Below, piece by piece: positions 23,078 to 31,479 of a stretch of 64,000 nt of DNA (position 1 is the stretch's first letter; every line of letters begins with the position of its first letter). Below the pieces are notes generated by a model. The model was given only the letters and a program-made list of their open reading frames with translations, made no database searches and was not told the origin of the DNA. The DNA lies in assembly GCA_025454835.1 (NCBI GenBank), contig JALONQ010000003.1:67273-131272 (forward strand), read 5' to 3'. Source of the DNA: Bacteroidota bacterium. GTDB taxonomy: Bacteria > Bacteroidota > Ignavibacteria > UBA10030. A program made the position numbers and the translations under genes.

Positions 23078-23569
23078 ATGATCACTTCGCGTCTTCTGCT
23101 TGCCGCATCGTTGCTCATTGCCGTCGCGCTGTTCCTGGACTGCCGCGAGAAAGCGTCACGGGAACCCGCGGCGAACAACGCTGGCGTCGTCCGACAATCC
23201 AAGCACAACACGTGCGGACCGGCGGCCTTGGCGATGCTGTTGACCTCGCTCGGACGTCCCGCGACGGAAAACGAGATGGAACGAGCAATGTTCCTCGGAT
23301 CCGAGGGAGCAACATTGACATCGTTGTTGGCCGCATCCGCCTCGCGAGGCGTGCAGCTCGAAGCGTGGCGCCTTCAAGTCGATACGCTCCGCTCGATCCG
23401 CACCCCGGCCATTCTCTGGGTGGATGGAGACCACTTTGTCGTCTTCGATTCCATCACGTCCACGGGAGCGCACGTTCGCGACCCATCCGTCGGACGAACG
23501 GTCATCTCGCTCGAACGCTTGCAAGAGCGCTGGGATGGCACGGCAGCGCTGGTGGTCTGGCCGCCTTGA
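23078..23569 (+). CDS. Stand-alone exported C39-family cysteine peptidase
   Basis: Hydrophobic N-terminus; RQSKHNTCGPAAL (Q..C), HFVV, RDPS..G motifs. Confidence 0.8.
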   Translation: MITSRLLLAASLLIAVALFLDCREKASREPAANNAGVVRQSKHNTCGPAALAMLLTSLGRPATENEMERAMFLGSEGATLTSLLAASASRGVQLEAWRLQVDTLRSIRTPAILWVDGDHFVVFDSITSTGAHVRDPSVGRTVISLERLQERWDGTAALVVWPP

Positions 23570-23746
23570 TTCTTCGGGGTCGGAAGCGTACGTTGAAGCG
23601 AAAGGAAAGCCGCCTATCGGACGTTTGTGACAGTGTGCGTGTCGTGATGTTGTCCATCCCTCGCCCTGTCCTCGTCCACCAGACCGGATCTCTGCCGTGG
23701 CGCGGGGGTTCGGTCATCGTGTCTCTGGAGGCCAAGGAACGAAAAC

Positions 23747-24814
23747 ATGATCCACGAAGACACACAAAGGACCACGAAAGCGAGAACGGCGGCCAGAACC
23801 TATGCCCTGGTCGGCATCTTGACAGTGGCGCCGGTCGCCGTCATGGCGCAGTCCATTGCCAAGTACGCCGGTGAGTTTCTCGCCATCGGCGTTGGAGGGC
23901 GTGCGATGGGTATGGGCGGCGCCTCCGTGGCCATGGCCACCGATGCAACGGCGGGCTACTGGAATCCGGCTGCTGCTGCGACGCTGGAGTACCCCGAGAT
24001 CTTCCTGATGCACGATGAGCGGTTCGCCGGGCTTGTCAACTATGATGTCGCCGCGGTGGCCGTCCCGTACGGCCCCAGCGCCAGCATCGGCCTTACCGTG
24101 CTTCGCCTTGGTGTCGACGGCATCCCCGATACGCGCAACGCTCTGCTCGACCAGAACGGCAACGGCCAGCTCGACCCGGGAGACCGGATCGACTATTCGC
24201 GCATCACCTATTTCAATGCGGCTGACTGGGCGGCCTTTCTGACGTATGCGCAACGCGGATCGGACGACCTGTCGTACGGATTGAACCTCAAACTTATCCG
24301 CCGGGGTCTGGGTGACGCCACGGCGACCGGCGTCGGCTTCGACCTCGGCGTTCGGTACCGTGCGGCCGAAGGAGTCTACCTCGGGGCCAATCTGCAGGAC
24401 GCCACGACGTCCCTGATCGCTTGGTCGACCGGACGGAACGAGCTGATCTCTCCGACCCTCAAGGTCGGAGGAGCGGCCTCCTTTGAACTGCTCGGCGGCG
24501 TGCTGAGTCCCGCGCTGGATGTCGACATCCGCTTCGAGAACCGCCGCTATGCGTCGACGGCACATCTGGGCCCGGTCAGCTTCGACCCGCGCGCAGGCTT
24601 CGAGTTCGACTACCGCCGGACGGTCGCCTTGCGGGCAGGTATGAACGATCTGCAGCAGCTCTCCGTCGGAGCCGGTCTGCACCTGCGCAGGCTCGACCTC
24701 GATTATTCCTTCACGGGCTTCGGCGGCAACAACGACCTCGGATCGACCCACCGGATCTCACTGCGCATTCTGCTCCAGGAAGAGCGCTTTGCCCGGTCGC
24801 AGACGGAGGAGTAG
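23747..24814 (+). CDS. PorV/PorQ (UPF0164)-family outer-membrane protein
   Basis: FLAIGVGGRAMGMGGA..DATAGYWNPA, C-terminal LDYSF..LGSTHRISL. Confidence 0.85.
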   Translation: MIHEDTQRTTKARTAARTYALVGILTVAPVAVMAQSIAKYAGEFLAIGVGGRAMGMGGASVAMATDATAGYWNPAAAATLEYPEIFLMHDERFAGLVNYDVAAVAVPYGPSASIGLTVLRLGVDGIPDTRNALLDQNGNGQLDPGDRIDYSRITYFNAADWAAFLTYAQRGSDDLSYGLNLKLIRRGLGDATATGVGFDLGVRYRAAEGVYLGANLQDATTSLIAWSTGRNELISPTLKVGGAASFELLGGVLSPALDVDIRFENRRYASTAHLGPVSFDPRAGFEFDYRRTVALRAGMNDLQQLSVGAGLHLRRLDLDYSFTGFGGNNDLGSTHRISLRILLQEERFARSQTEE

Positions 24815-24831
24815 GGTATTCGTCGTCCCTG

Positions 24832-24881
24832 AAAACGAAGAAACCCCCGCGTTGGCCTTCCAGCGCGGGGGTTCTTGTTTT
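24832..24881. terminator. Bidirectional terminator between convergent genes
   Basis: AACCCCCGCGTTGG-CCTT-CCAGCGCGGGGGTT with A-rich and T-rich flanks. Confidence 0.8.
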
Positions 24882-24894
24882 CGAGCGGGATGGG

Positions 24895-26085
24895 TCAGAT
24901 ACGCGAGGACGACGATCCCTCCAGCAGCCTTGCGTAGACAGCCATCGTTTCCCGCACGGTGCGATCCCACGAGAACAACCTGGCGCGCTGCGGTCCCGCC
25001 ATCTTGAGCGCAACACGCAGATCATGTCCGAGGAGCACGTCCCGCAGGCCACGCGCGATATCGGAGACCGAGTCGGGTTCGACGTAGAGCACCGCCTCAC
25101 CGCCGAGCTCCGGGATCGACGAACGGCGAGTGGTAACAACCGGTGCACCCGACGCCATCGCCTCCAACACCGGCAAGCCAAACCCTTCGTAGTAACTCGG
25201 GAACGCGAAGACGGAGCAGGTCGCATATAGCACGGCGAGCGTTGCGTCGTCCACGAATCCAAGCATCTGCACTCGATCCTCGAGTCTCTCGGACCGAATC
25301 AGTGCTTCGAGCTCGGGAAACTCCGCCTGCGACCGGATATTGCCGGCCATCAACAACGGCACATGATCAACGTCCGTGCCCCGGAACGACGAGAGAGCCC
25401 GCAGTAGTCCGGAAACGTTCTTCCGCGGATCGATGCCGCCCACGTAGAACATGAAGCGGTCCGGAAGACCCAGTCGCTGACGGACCTCTGCGATACGCTC
25501 GGCCGGCACGGGTCGGAACAAATGGTCGTCGGCGGCAAGATGCACGACCCGAATGCGGTCCGGATCGACCCGGAAGCGACGCACGACATCGTTGCGGGTA
25601 TGTTCCGAGTCGGCGATAGAATATGCGGCGCGTTCGATGTTCCGGCGTCCAAACCACCCGACGATCCGGTTCTTGGTCTTCTGGATCCCCCCATACAGGT
25701 CTGCCGCGTCGAAGGAGACGGTGTCGTGTACCGTGACGACATACGGAGTCCGTACCCGAAAGGCGGCATCGTCGTGGGCCAGAAAATGCGTCAGCGCGGG
25801 GGCCGCCCGATGGATGACACGCGGCAGGCGAGCCTGCGGCTCAAAGAAGCGGAAGGAACGTGAATGCGCCAGGGACCGGTACGACACGAGCGGTACGCCC
25901 TCATGGATGGGGTCCAAAGGGAGCGAACGATCCACGAGCAAAGACAGGTCGAAGCGGTCCGAAGCCGCCTTCAACCCCTCCAGAAGCCGGCGGGCATACT
26001 GTCCAATGCCGCGATTCTTATGCCCCTTGAAGCCGTCCTGACGGCCCCGGGCGTCGACGAGAAGCGATGGCGGACGTGGGTTCAT
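24895..26085 (-). CDS. Glycosyltransferase family 4
   Basis: RGIGQY, VVTVHD, RKN, FPSYYEGFGLPVLEAMASG; start MNPRPP overlaps the flippase stop. Confidence 0.92.
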   Translation of the reverse strand: MNPRPPSLLVDARGRQDGFKGHKNRGIGQYARRLLEGLKAASDRFDLSLLVDRSLPLDPIHEGVPLVSYRSLAHSRSFRFFEPQARLPRVIHRAAPALTHFLAHDDAAFRVRTPYVVTVHDTVSFDAADLYGGIQKTKNRIVGWFGRRNIERAAYSIADSEHTRNDVVRRFRVDPDRIRVVHLAADDHLFRPVPAERIAEVRQRLGLPDRFMFYVGGIDPRKNVSGLLRALSSFRGTDVDHVPLLMAGNIRSQAEFPELEALIRSERLEDRVQMLGFVDDATLAVLYATCSVFAFPSYYEGFGLPVLEAMASGAPVVTTRRSSIPELGGEAVLYVEPDSVSDIARGLRDVLLGHDLRVALKMAGPQRARLFSWDRTVRETMAVYARLLEGSSSSRI

Positions 26086-27536
26086 GCGGAAGCGTCGTTG
26101 GGCGGCTGGCGTCGTGCGAGCGAAAGAAGATACCGCACTTCGTCGAGGGTGACCGCGCGAACGACCAGCGCGCAGCATGAGTACAGAACGATTCCGACGG
26201 CGAGCAGTACAACGAAAGAGAACATCGGCGTAAGGAATGTGAGCAAGAGCAATGGAGCGGAGGCGACGATGATCCGCAGCAAGCGGGACCGGTCCATCAG
26301 TGGACCGAACTCCCGGCGGACGACACCGCGCAGCAATGTCCAACCTAGCACCTCCGTTGCGACGGTGGCGATGGCGGCGCCGACCGCCCCCAGCTGCGGG
26401 ATAAGCAAAAGGTTCAGGAGCACATTGAAGATCGCGTTGATGATCGTGACCCGCAGGACGGTTGACTGCCGTCCAATGGCGCCCAAAACGTAGCCGAACA
26501 CATTGGTAACGAACGAGATCGGCAGCCACCAGAGAAGCACCAAGAGCACATTTTCCGCGCCGGCGTAGCTTGAACGGTAAAGGGCGCCCATGAGCAGAGA
26601 GGCGAGAGCCGTGCCGCCGAAGGCTATCGGAAAGGCCAGTGCCATGGAATACGTGACAGCATTCGCCGCCACGCGCACGGTTTCGGTCCGGTTGCGTTCG
26701 TGGTACTCCGCAACCATCGGAAAGAGCGCAAGCACGACGGCAGCCGAGAAACCGCTGGCCGCAAACATCACGTTCGTAGCGGCACGGTACAGTCCTGTTT
26801 CAGCCTCACCGACAAGATACGCGAGGAGCACGGCGTCAATGTGAAAATAGATCATCACCGAGACGCCCGTGGCCGCAAAGGGAAGACCGCCCCGTACCAA
26901 GCGGAGGGCCATGTCGCGGTCGTAGCGAAGGTCGCTCAGGAAGCCGCGCCGCCGGGCCATGTAGAAAGTTGCCGCAAGCTGAACAAGGCTCCCGGCGATG
27001 AGACACACATACAGCCCCCAGAGCGAAGCCGATAACAGCAAAGCGGCGCCGATGGCAACGAACTCAACGACCTTGGCGCTGACCTGAATGAGGGAATCTT
27101 CCGCCATGAGTTGTCGTGCCCGGAAGAGCGCACTGATCGTGGCGGGAAGGCTGCGTAATACGACGAGGATCGCCGCGAGGACCATCAAGCCAGCGGGGGC
27201 CTCGGCCTTTGGCGCGACGGCGTAGGCGGCGAGGATGACGACGAACGTAAGTGCAGCCGTTCCCAGTTTGAGCCGGATGGCCGTTCCGGCCTGCGCAGAC
27301 CGGCGTTGTTGATCGGCAGCCATCTCCCGCACCAGCACGGTGTCGATTCCGAGGTCGGCGAGGGGGATGAACAGGGAAGCGAACGCGAGGACGAAATTAA
27401 AGAGGCCGAACGTCGCAACGTCGAGCCGGTTCGCAAGGACGACGAGCGCGGCGAACGCAAAGACCTTGACGAGGATCTGTGCCGCCAGCAGGAATGCCGT
27501 ATTGCGTGCGACGGTATCCTGTGGTCGGGGAGGCAT
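26082..27536 (-). CDS. Wzx-like polysaccharide flippase
   Basis: ARNTAFL, DLGIDTVLVRE, many TM segments, LNLLLIPQLGAVGAAIAT. Confidence 0.9.
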   Translation of the reverse strand: MPPRPQDTVARNTAFLLAAQILVKVFAFAALVVLANRLDVATFGLFNFVLAFASLFIPLADLGIDTVLVREMAADQQRRSAQAGTAIRLKLGTAALTFVVILAAYAVAPKAEAPAGLMVLAAILVVLRSLPATISALFRARQLMAEDSLIQVSAKVVEFVAIGAALLLSASLWGLYVCLIAGSLVQLAATFYMARRRGFLSDLRYDRDMALRLVRGGLPFAATGVSVMIYFHIDAVLLAYLVGEAETGLYRAATNVMFAASGFSAAVVLALFPMVAEYHERNRTETVRVAANAVTYSMALAFPIAFGGTALASLLMGALYRSSYAGAENVLLVLLWWLPISFVTNVFGYVLGAIGRQSTVLRVTIINAIFNVLLNLLLIPQLGAVGAAIATVATEVLGWTLLRGVVRREFGPLMDRSRLLRIIVASAPLLLLTFLTPMFSFVVLLAVGIVLYSCCALVVRAVTLDEVRYLLSLARRQPPNDASA

Positions 27537-27608
27537 GGTGATTGGGAGAATATCAAGAAATCTCTACATTGATGCAAAGAAGCTCTCGCCGCCCCCTCCA
27601 GACCCGGC

Positions 27609-29072
27609 ATGCTCTTCGATCCCCTCTCCAGACTCGCGAACGTGCGATCGGACCGTCTTGCTTGGACGTGCGGCGCGTTGTTTGCAGCCGTCACGTTCAT
27701 GATGGCGACAGTGCGATACGCGGGGCTCCACACGACGCTCTATGACCTTGGAGTCTTCGAGCATTTCGCGTACCGAGCACTGCACGGCGACATGTCGGTC
27801 CTTATAGCCGCCTGGTCGGAGCCGATCCCGTACACGCATGTCCAGCCAGTGTTCGCGCTGCATGTCCTGGCATATGCCGCGATCCCGTCTCCGCTGACGT
27901 TGGTGGCGCTGCAATGCCTGACGCTTGCGTTGGCCTTCCCCCTGATCGAACGCATCACCTCGAAACTCGCGCCGGCCCCGGCTCCCCATCTGTTGCCCGT
28001 CCTCCTTCTGGCCTCCGGACCGATGTGGTTCCAAGCACTGTTCGACTTTCACACCGACCACGTTGCTATTCCTGCGGCGCTCCTGGCGATCTGGGGGATC
28101 CTGGAGCGGCGGGTCGGGCGAATGATCGCCGGTGCCATGCTCATGGCGCTGACGAAGGAGAACTTCATGATCACGGCCGCGCTCTTGGCATGGGTGGGAG
28201 CCGCACGGCAGCGCTCATGGCCGCTCGGGGCCTTCGGAGCGCTCCTCTTTGCCACGGGTGCCTGGGTGATCATGCGGCATCTGCCGGCGGTTACGCCGGC
28301 GGGGGCGCCGGCGCTTCCAGCCTTCGAGCATCTCGGCAGGAACGGACAGGAGATCCTGTCGAACCTCATCAGCCAGCCGACGATGTTCTTCTCCGCTCTG
28401 GATGCGGCGAAGGTTCGGTACCTCGTGCTGATCTTCCTTCCTGCTTTGGGCCTGGCGTTCCTGGGGTGGGATCTGCTCATCCCGGCCGCATTCACGCTCA
28501 CATTTGTTTTGCTGAGCACGAACCCGTCACACAGTTGCACATGCACGCAATACACAGCGGGAGTGCTGCCGTTTGTCCTGGCGGCGACGGCTCTGGGATG
28601 GTCGCGGTTCGCGGGGTGGGCGCCAGAAAAGCTCGCGCGCCGCGTCCCGTTGGCGCTGACCCTGGCGACGATGCTCGTGTTCATCGTTGACTCGCCGAGT
28701 CCGGTCGGCCGGCAATTCCTGATGAACAAAGGACTTTTTGGGTGGGGGCGCTACACAGAGGGATGGCGACTGAACGACGCAGCGGTGGTGGCGGCCGCCA
28801 TTCCAACGGGGGCAACGCTGTCGGTCCAGAACAGCGTCAACGCGTCGGTGTTCGTGCGCCGGCCACACGTGCTCCCGTTCCCAACAGGACTCTTGGATCC
28901 AGCGCCATTCTCCGGACAGAAGGCCGAATTTGCGGTGATCGACACTACGCGTGACGCATTCGTGGTCGACCGCGTCGATCCGGACGCTTACGCAGAGGCG
29001 GTCGTGCGGTTGCGGGCTGCCGGGACGCGCGTGGCGGCCTCTGGCACGTTGGAGCTCTATCGGCTCAAGTGA
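27609..29072 (+). CDS. DUF2079-family polytopic membrane protein (GT-C-like)
   Basis: YDLGVFEH, H.QP, FDFH.D, LTKEN, QY motifs and many TMs. Confidence 0.75.
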   Translation: MLFDPLSRLANVRSDRLAWTCGALFAAVTFMMATVRYAGLHTTLYDLGVFEHFAYRALHGDMSVLIAAWSEPIPYTHVQPVFALHVLAYAAIPSPLTLVALQCLTLALAFPLIERITSKLAPAPAPHLLPVLLLASGPMWFQALFDFHTDHVAIPAALLAIWGILERRVGRMIAGAMLMALTKENFMITAALLAWVGAARQRSWPLGAFGALLFATGAWVIMRHLPAVTPAGAPALPAFEHLGRNGQEILSNLISQPTMFFSALDAAKVRYLVLIFLPALGLAFLGWDLLIPAAFTLTFVLLSTNPSHSCTCTQYTAGVLPFVLAATALGWSRFAGWAPEKLARRVPLALTLATMLVFIVDSPSPVGRQFLMNKGLFGWGRYTEGWRLNDAAVVAAAIPTGATLSVQNSVNASVFVRRPHVLPFPTGLLDPAPFSGQKAEFAVIDTTRDAFVVDRVDPDAYAEAVVRLRAAGTRVAASGTLELYRLK

Positions 29073-29097
29073 AGCGCCAAAACGGCAAGGGAACGAA

Positions 29098-29125
29098 GAA
29101 GCCCCGGAGAAGGCCCCGGGGCTTC
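29098..29125. terminator. Hairpin between convergent genes
   Basis: GAAGCCCCGG/CCGGGGCTTC 10-bp stem. Confidence 0.65.
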
Positions 29126-29147
29126 GGCGTTCAAGGCGTTCGACGGG

Positions 29148-31349
29148 TCACTTGGTCTTCATGATGAACACGCCATTCCAGTCCTGCGGAGGCGGCGCGA
29201 TCTTGTACAGGTTCGCGCGCTCCGTGTAGAGGCGGGCGGCGTGGCAGGTCGGGTCGAGCTGAACGGCTTGCTCCATGTACGCGATGGCTTCGTCGAACTG
29301 ACGGCTGCGATACAATTTGAGACCCTCGTGGTAGATCTCGAGTGATTGCCGCTGTTGGGCTGTGAGCGGCATATCGTGCTTACCCATGAGCTCATAGACC
29401 TTGACCGGCTCATTCTTGCCCTTGACCTGGAGCAGGTCCAACTCGCGCACCGTCACGTGCTTCTGCACCAGCTTGTAGGTGAACTCGCTGATCATGATGA
29501 GCGACTCATACTGCTTGTTGGCCCCTTCGAGACGTGACGCAAGGTTCACGGGGTCTCCGATGACCGTATAATCGAACCGATCTTTGCCGCCCATGTTACC
29601 GGCGATCACCGAACCCGTATTGATGCCGCATCGAGCGACCAACTCCGGACGCCCTTCCTTCTTCCACTTCTTGCGCAGCTCCGAGAGGCGCACCTGCATC
29701 TCCATCGCCGCCAGACATGCGCGGACGGCATGGTCCTTCTGCGGGATCGGAGCGCCCCAGAACGCCATGATGGCATCGCCGATGTACTTGTCGAGGGTCC
29801 CTTCGTACTTCAGGACGATCGTCGTCATCTCCTCCAGGTATTCATTCAGGAGCTCGACGAGCCCTTCCGGCTTGCCGTGATAGTGCTCCGAGATCGTCGT
29901 GAACGAGGCGATGTCGGAGAAGAAGATCGTCAGGTCGCGCAGGTCGCCGCCGAGCTTGGCCTTGCTGGGGTCGTTGACGAGGATGTTGACGACGGCCGGG
30001 TTCAGATAGTGAGAGAAGACCCCCTTGATCATCGCCTTCTGCTGGCGCTCGGACAGGTACTGATAGACCGCCGTGCCGAGGTAGGTGAAGATGAGCGCGA
30101 GGCTGGGGTTGACGACATTGATCAACAGGCCATCGTTGGCAAAGAGGAGGACCCCGACTTCAAAGATACCGAAGACCAAAAGGAGGACAACGAGGACCAC
30201 CCCGATCTCGAGTGCCCAGACGTAGCGCACTTTGATCGATTTGAGCGCCAGAAGTCCGATGAACGCGAGCGTCGACAATGCAAGGACGATGACGATGGCG
30301 ATCGTCGGATCAAGGACGCGCACGAAGCGTTGATCGAGGACGTTCTGAATGGCGGTCGCATGGATCTCGACCCCGTGCATGGCGTAGTTCTTCTTGCCGC
30401 CGTCGTCCTTGTAGATGGGGATGTTGTGATAGTCGCGTTCCTCCGCCATCAGCGAGCCGACCAGCACGATCTTGTTACGGAAGAGCCGCGCGGCGGCATC
30501 GTCGAACGCGTTGATGTCCTCTTCCAGTTCGAGCTCGTCCTTCGTCCGGAATTGTTCATCGTCGATGACCTGCGAGAACGGCACATACCGGAAGGTCTCG
30601 ACGGGACCGTAATAGTCGAGGAGAAAGTCCGACGGATTGAACCGGGGAATGCGCCGGTCGCGGTAGACGAACTCACCCTCGCCGAGAGCGACGGTCGTTA
30701 GCGGCTTAAGCCGGTACGCCTTGTTGAGAGCGGCGAAGGCCAGCGTCGGCGTCAGGTCGCCTTCGGCGACGATCATCGGCATATACCGACGGCACACGTC
30801 GTCGCGGTCCTTGATGATGTTGACAATGCCAATTCCGATGTTCCGATTGTCCTTGAAGAAGACGTTGTTGTAGGTCTTCTCGAGGGTCCGGACCTCGGCG
30901 TAGGCGCTGGCCGCGCCCGTCTGCACCTTGGCGGCGAGCACCACATTGGGCGCGCGCGTCAGTACGTCCGCCATCACAGAGTCGCCTTCGCGCGGCGTTT
31001 CAAAGGTGATATCAAACACGATCGCGCGAGCACCGGCCCGGTTGAGATTCTCGACAATGTGGGCGTAGTATGAGCGGGGGAATGGAAAGGACTCAGGCAG
31101 GGCCTTGAGGTCCTCATCCGATATGCCGACGATCACCACGTCGGCACGGTCCTTCACCTGCGCGGCGGCGGCGGGATCGTACCGGCTTTGATACCGATAA
31201 TCAACGGTGAGAAGCTCAATGTTTCCAAGGACGGTGATCTCGAACAGCCATCCGCTGGTGAGAAGAACGACCAGCAGGCCGATCCCCGCTCCAATGCCGG
31301 CTTTGACGAGCCATGGCAAGATCTTCTTTTTGAAGTCGTACGAGGTCAT
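29148..31349 (-). CDS. CHASE2-domain class III adenylate cyclase with TPR-like C-terminus
   Basis: CHASE2 (PFPRS, AIVFDITF, GVEIHATAI), 3 TMs, FSDIASFT, DKYIGD, DYTVIGDPVNLASRLE. Confidence 0.93.
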   Translation of the reverse strand: MTSYDFKKKILPWLVKAGIGAGIGLLVVLLTSGWLFEITVLGNIELLTVDYRYQSRYDPAAAAQVKDRADVVIVGISDEDLKALPESFPFPRSYYAHIVENLNRAGARAIVFDITFETPREGDSVMADVLTRAPNVVLAAKVQTGAASAYAEVRTLEKTYNNVFFKDNRNIGIGIVNIIKDRDDVCRRYMPMIVAEGDLTPTLAFAALNKAYRLKPLTTVALGEGEFVYRDRRIPRFNPSDFLLDYYGPVETFRYVPFSQVIDDEQFRTKDELELEEDINAFDDAAARLFRNKIVLVGSLMAEERDYHNIPIYKDDGGKKNYAMHGVEIHATAIQNVLDQRFVRVLDPTIAIVIVLALSTLAFIGLLALKSIKVRYVWALEIGVVLVVLLLVFGIFEVGVLLFANDGLLINVVNPSLALIFTYLGTAVYQYLSERQQKAMIKGVFSHYLNPAVVNILVNDPSKAKLGGDLRDLTIFFSDIASFTTISEHYHGKPEGLVELLNEYLEEMTTIVLKYEGTLDKYIGDAIMAFWGAPIPQKDHAVRACLAAMEMQVRLSELRKKWKKEGRPELVARCGINTGSVIAGNMGGKDRFDYTVIGDPVNLASRLEGANKQYESLIMISEFTYKLVQKHVTVRELDLLQVKGKNEPVKVYELMGKHDMPLTAQQRQSLEIYHEGLKLYRSRQFDEAIAYMEQAVQLDPTCHAARLYTERANLYKIAPPPQDWNGVFIMKTK

Positions 31350-31370
31350 GCGCGGGAGGGGTGGACGGAC

Positions 31371-31468
31371 GCCGCCACGGAGCGGAACGCCGCTTCGCGA
31401 CAGCCCAGTCCACCGGATCTGTGGATGATCAGTGGAGGATCACCGGAGGTCCCTCCGGCCACGGCGGC
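31371..31468 (-). ncRNA. Candidate structured cis-regulatory RNA (5-way junction) upstream of the cyclase
   Basis: 10-bp closing stem with two G-U pairs on the sense strand only, enclosing four hairpins. Confidence 0.45.
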
Positions 31469-31479
31469 AGACGCCGTCG

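Noticed and set aside
23005..23874. 289-aa + strand ORF overlapping the C39 gene as a possible precursor peptide
   Set aside because: Arg-rich alternate-frame translation with no leader motif
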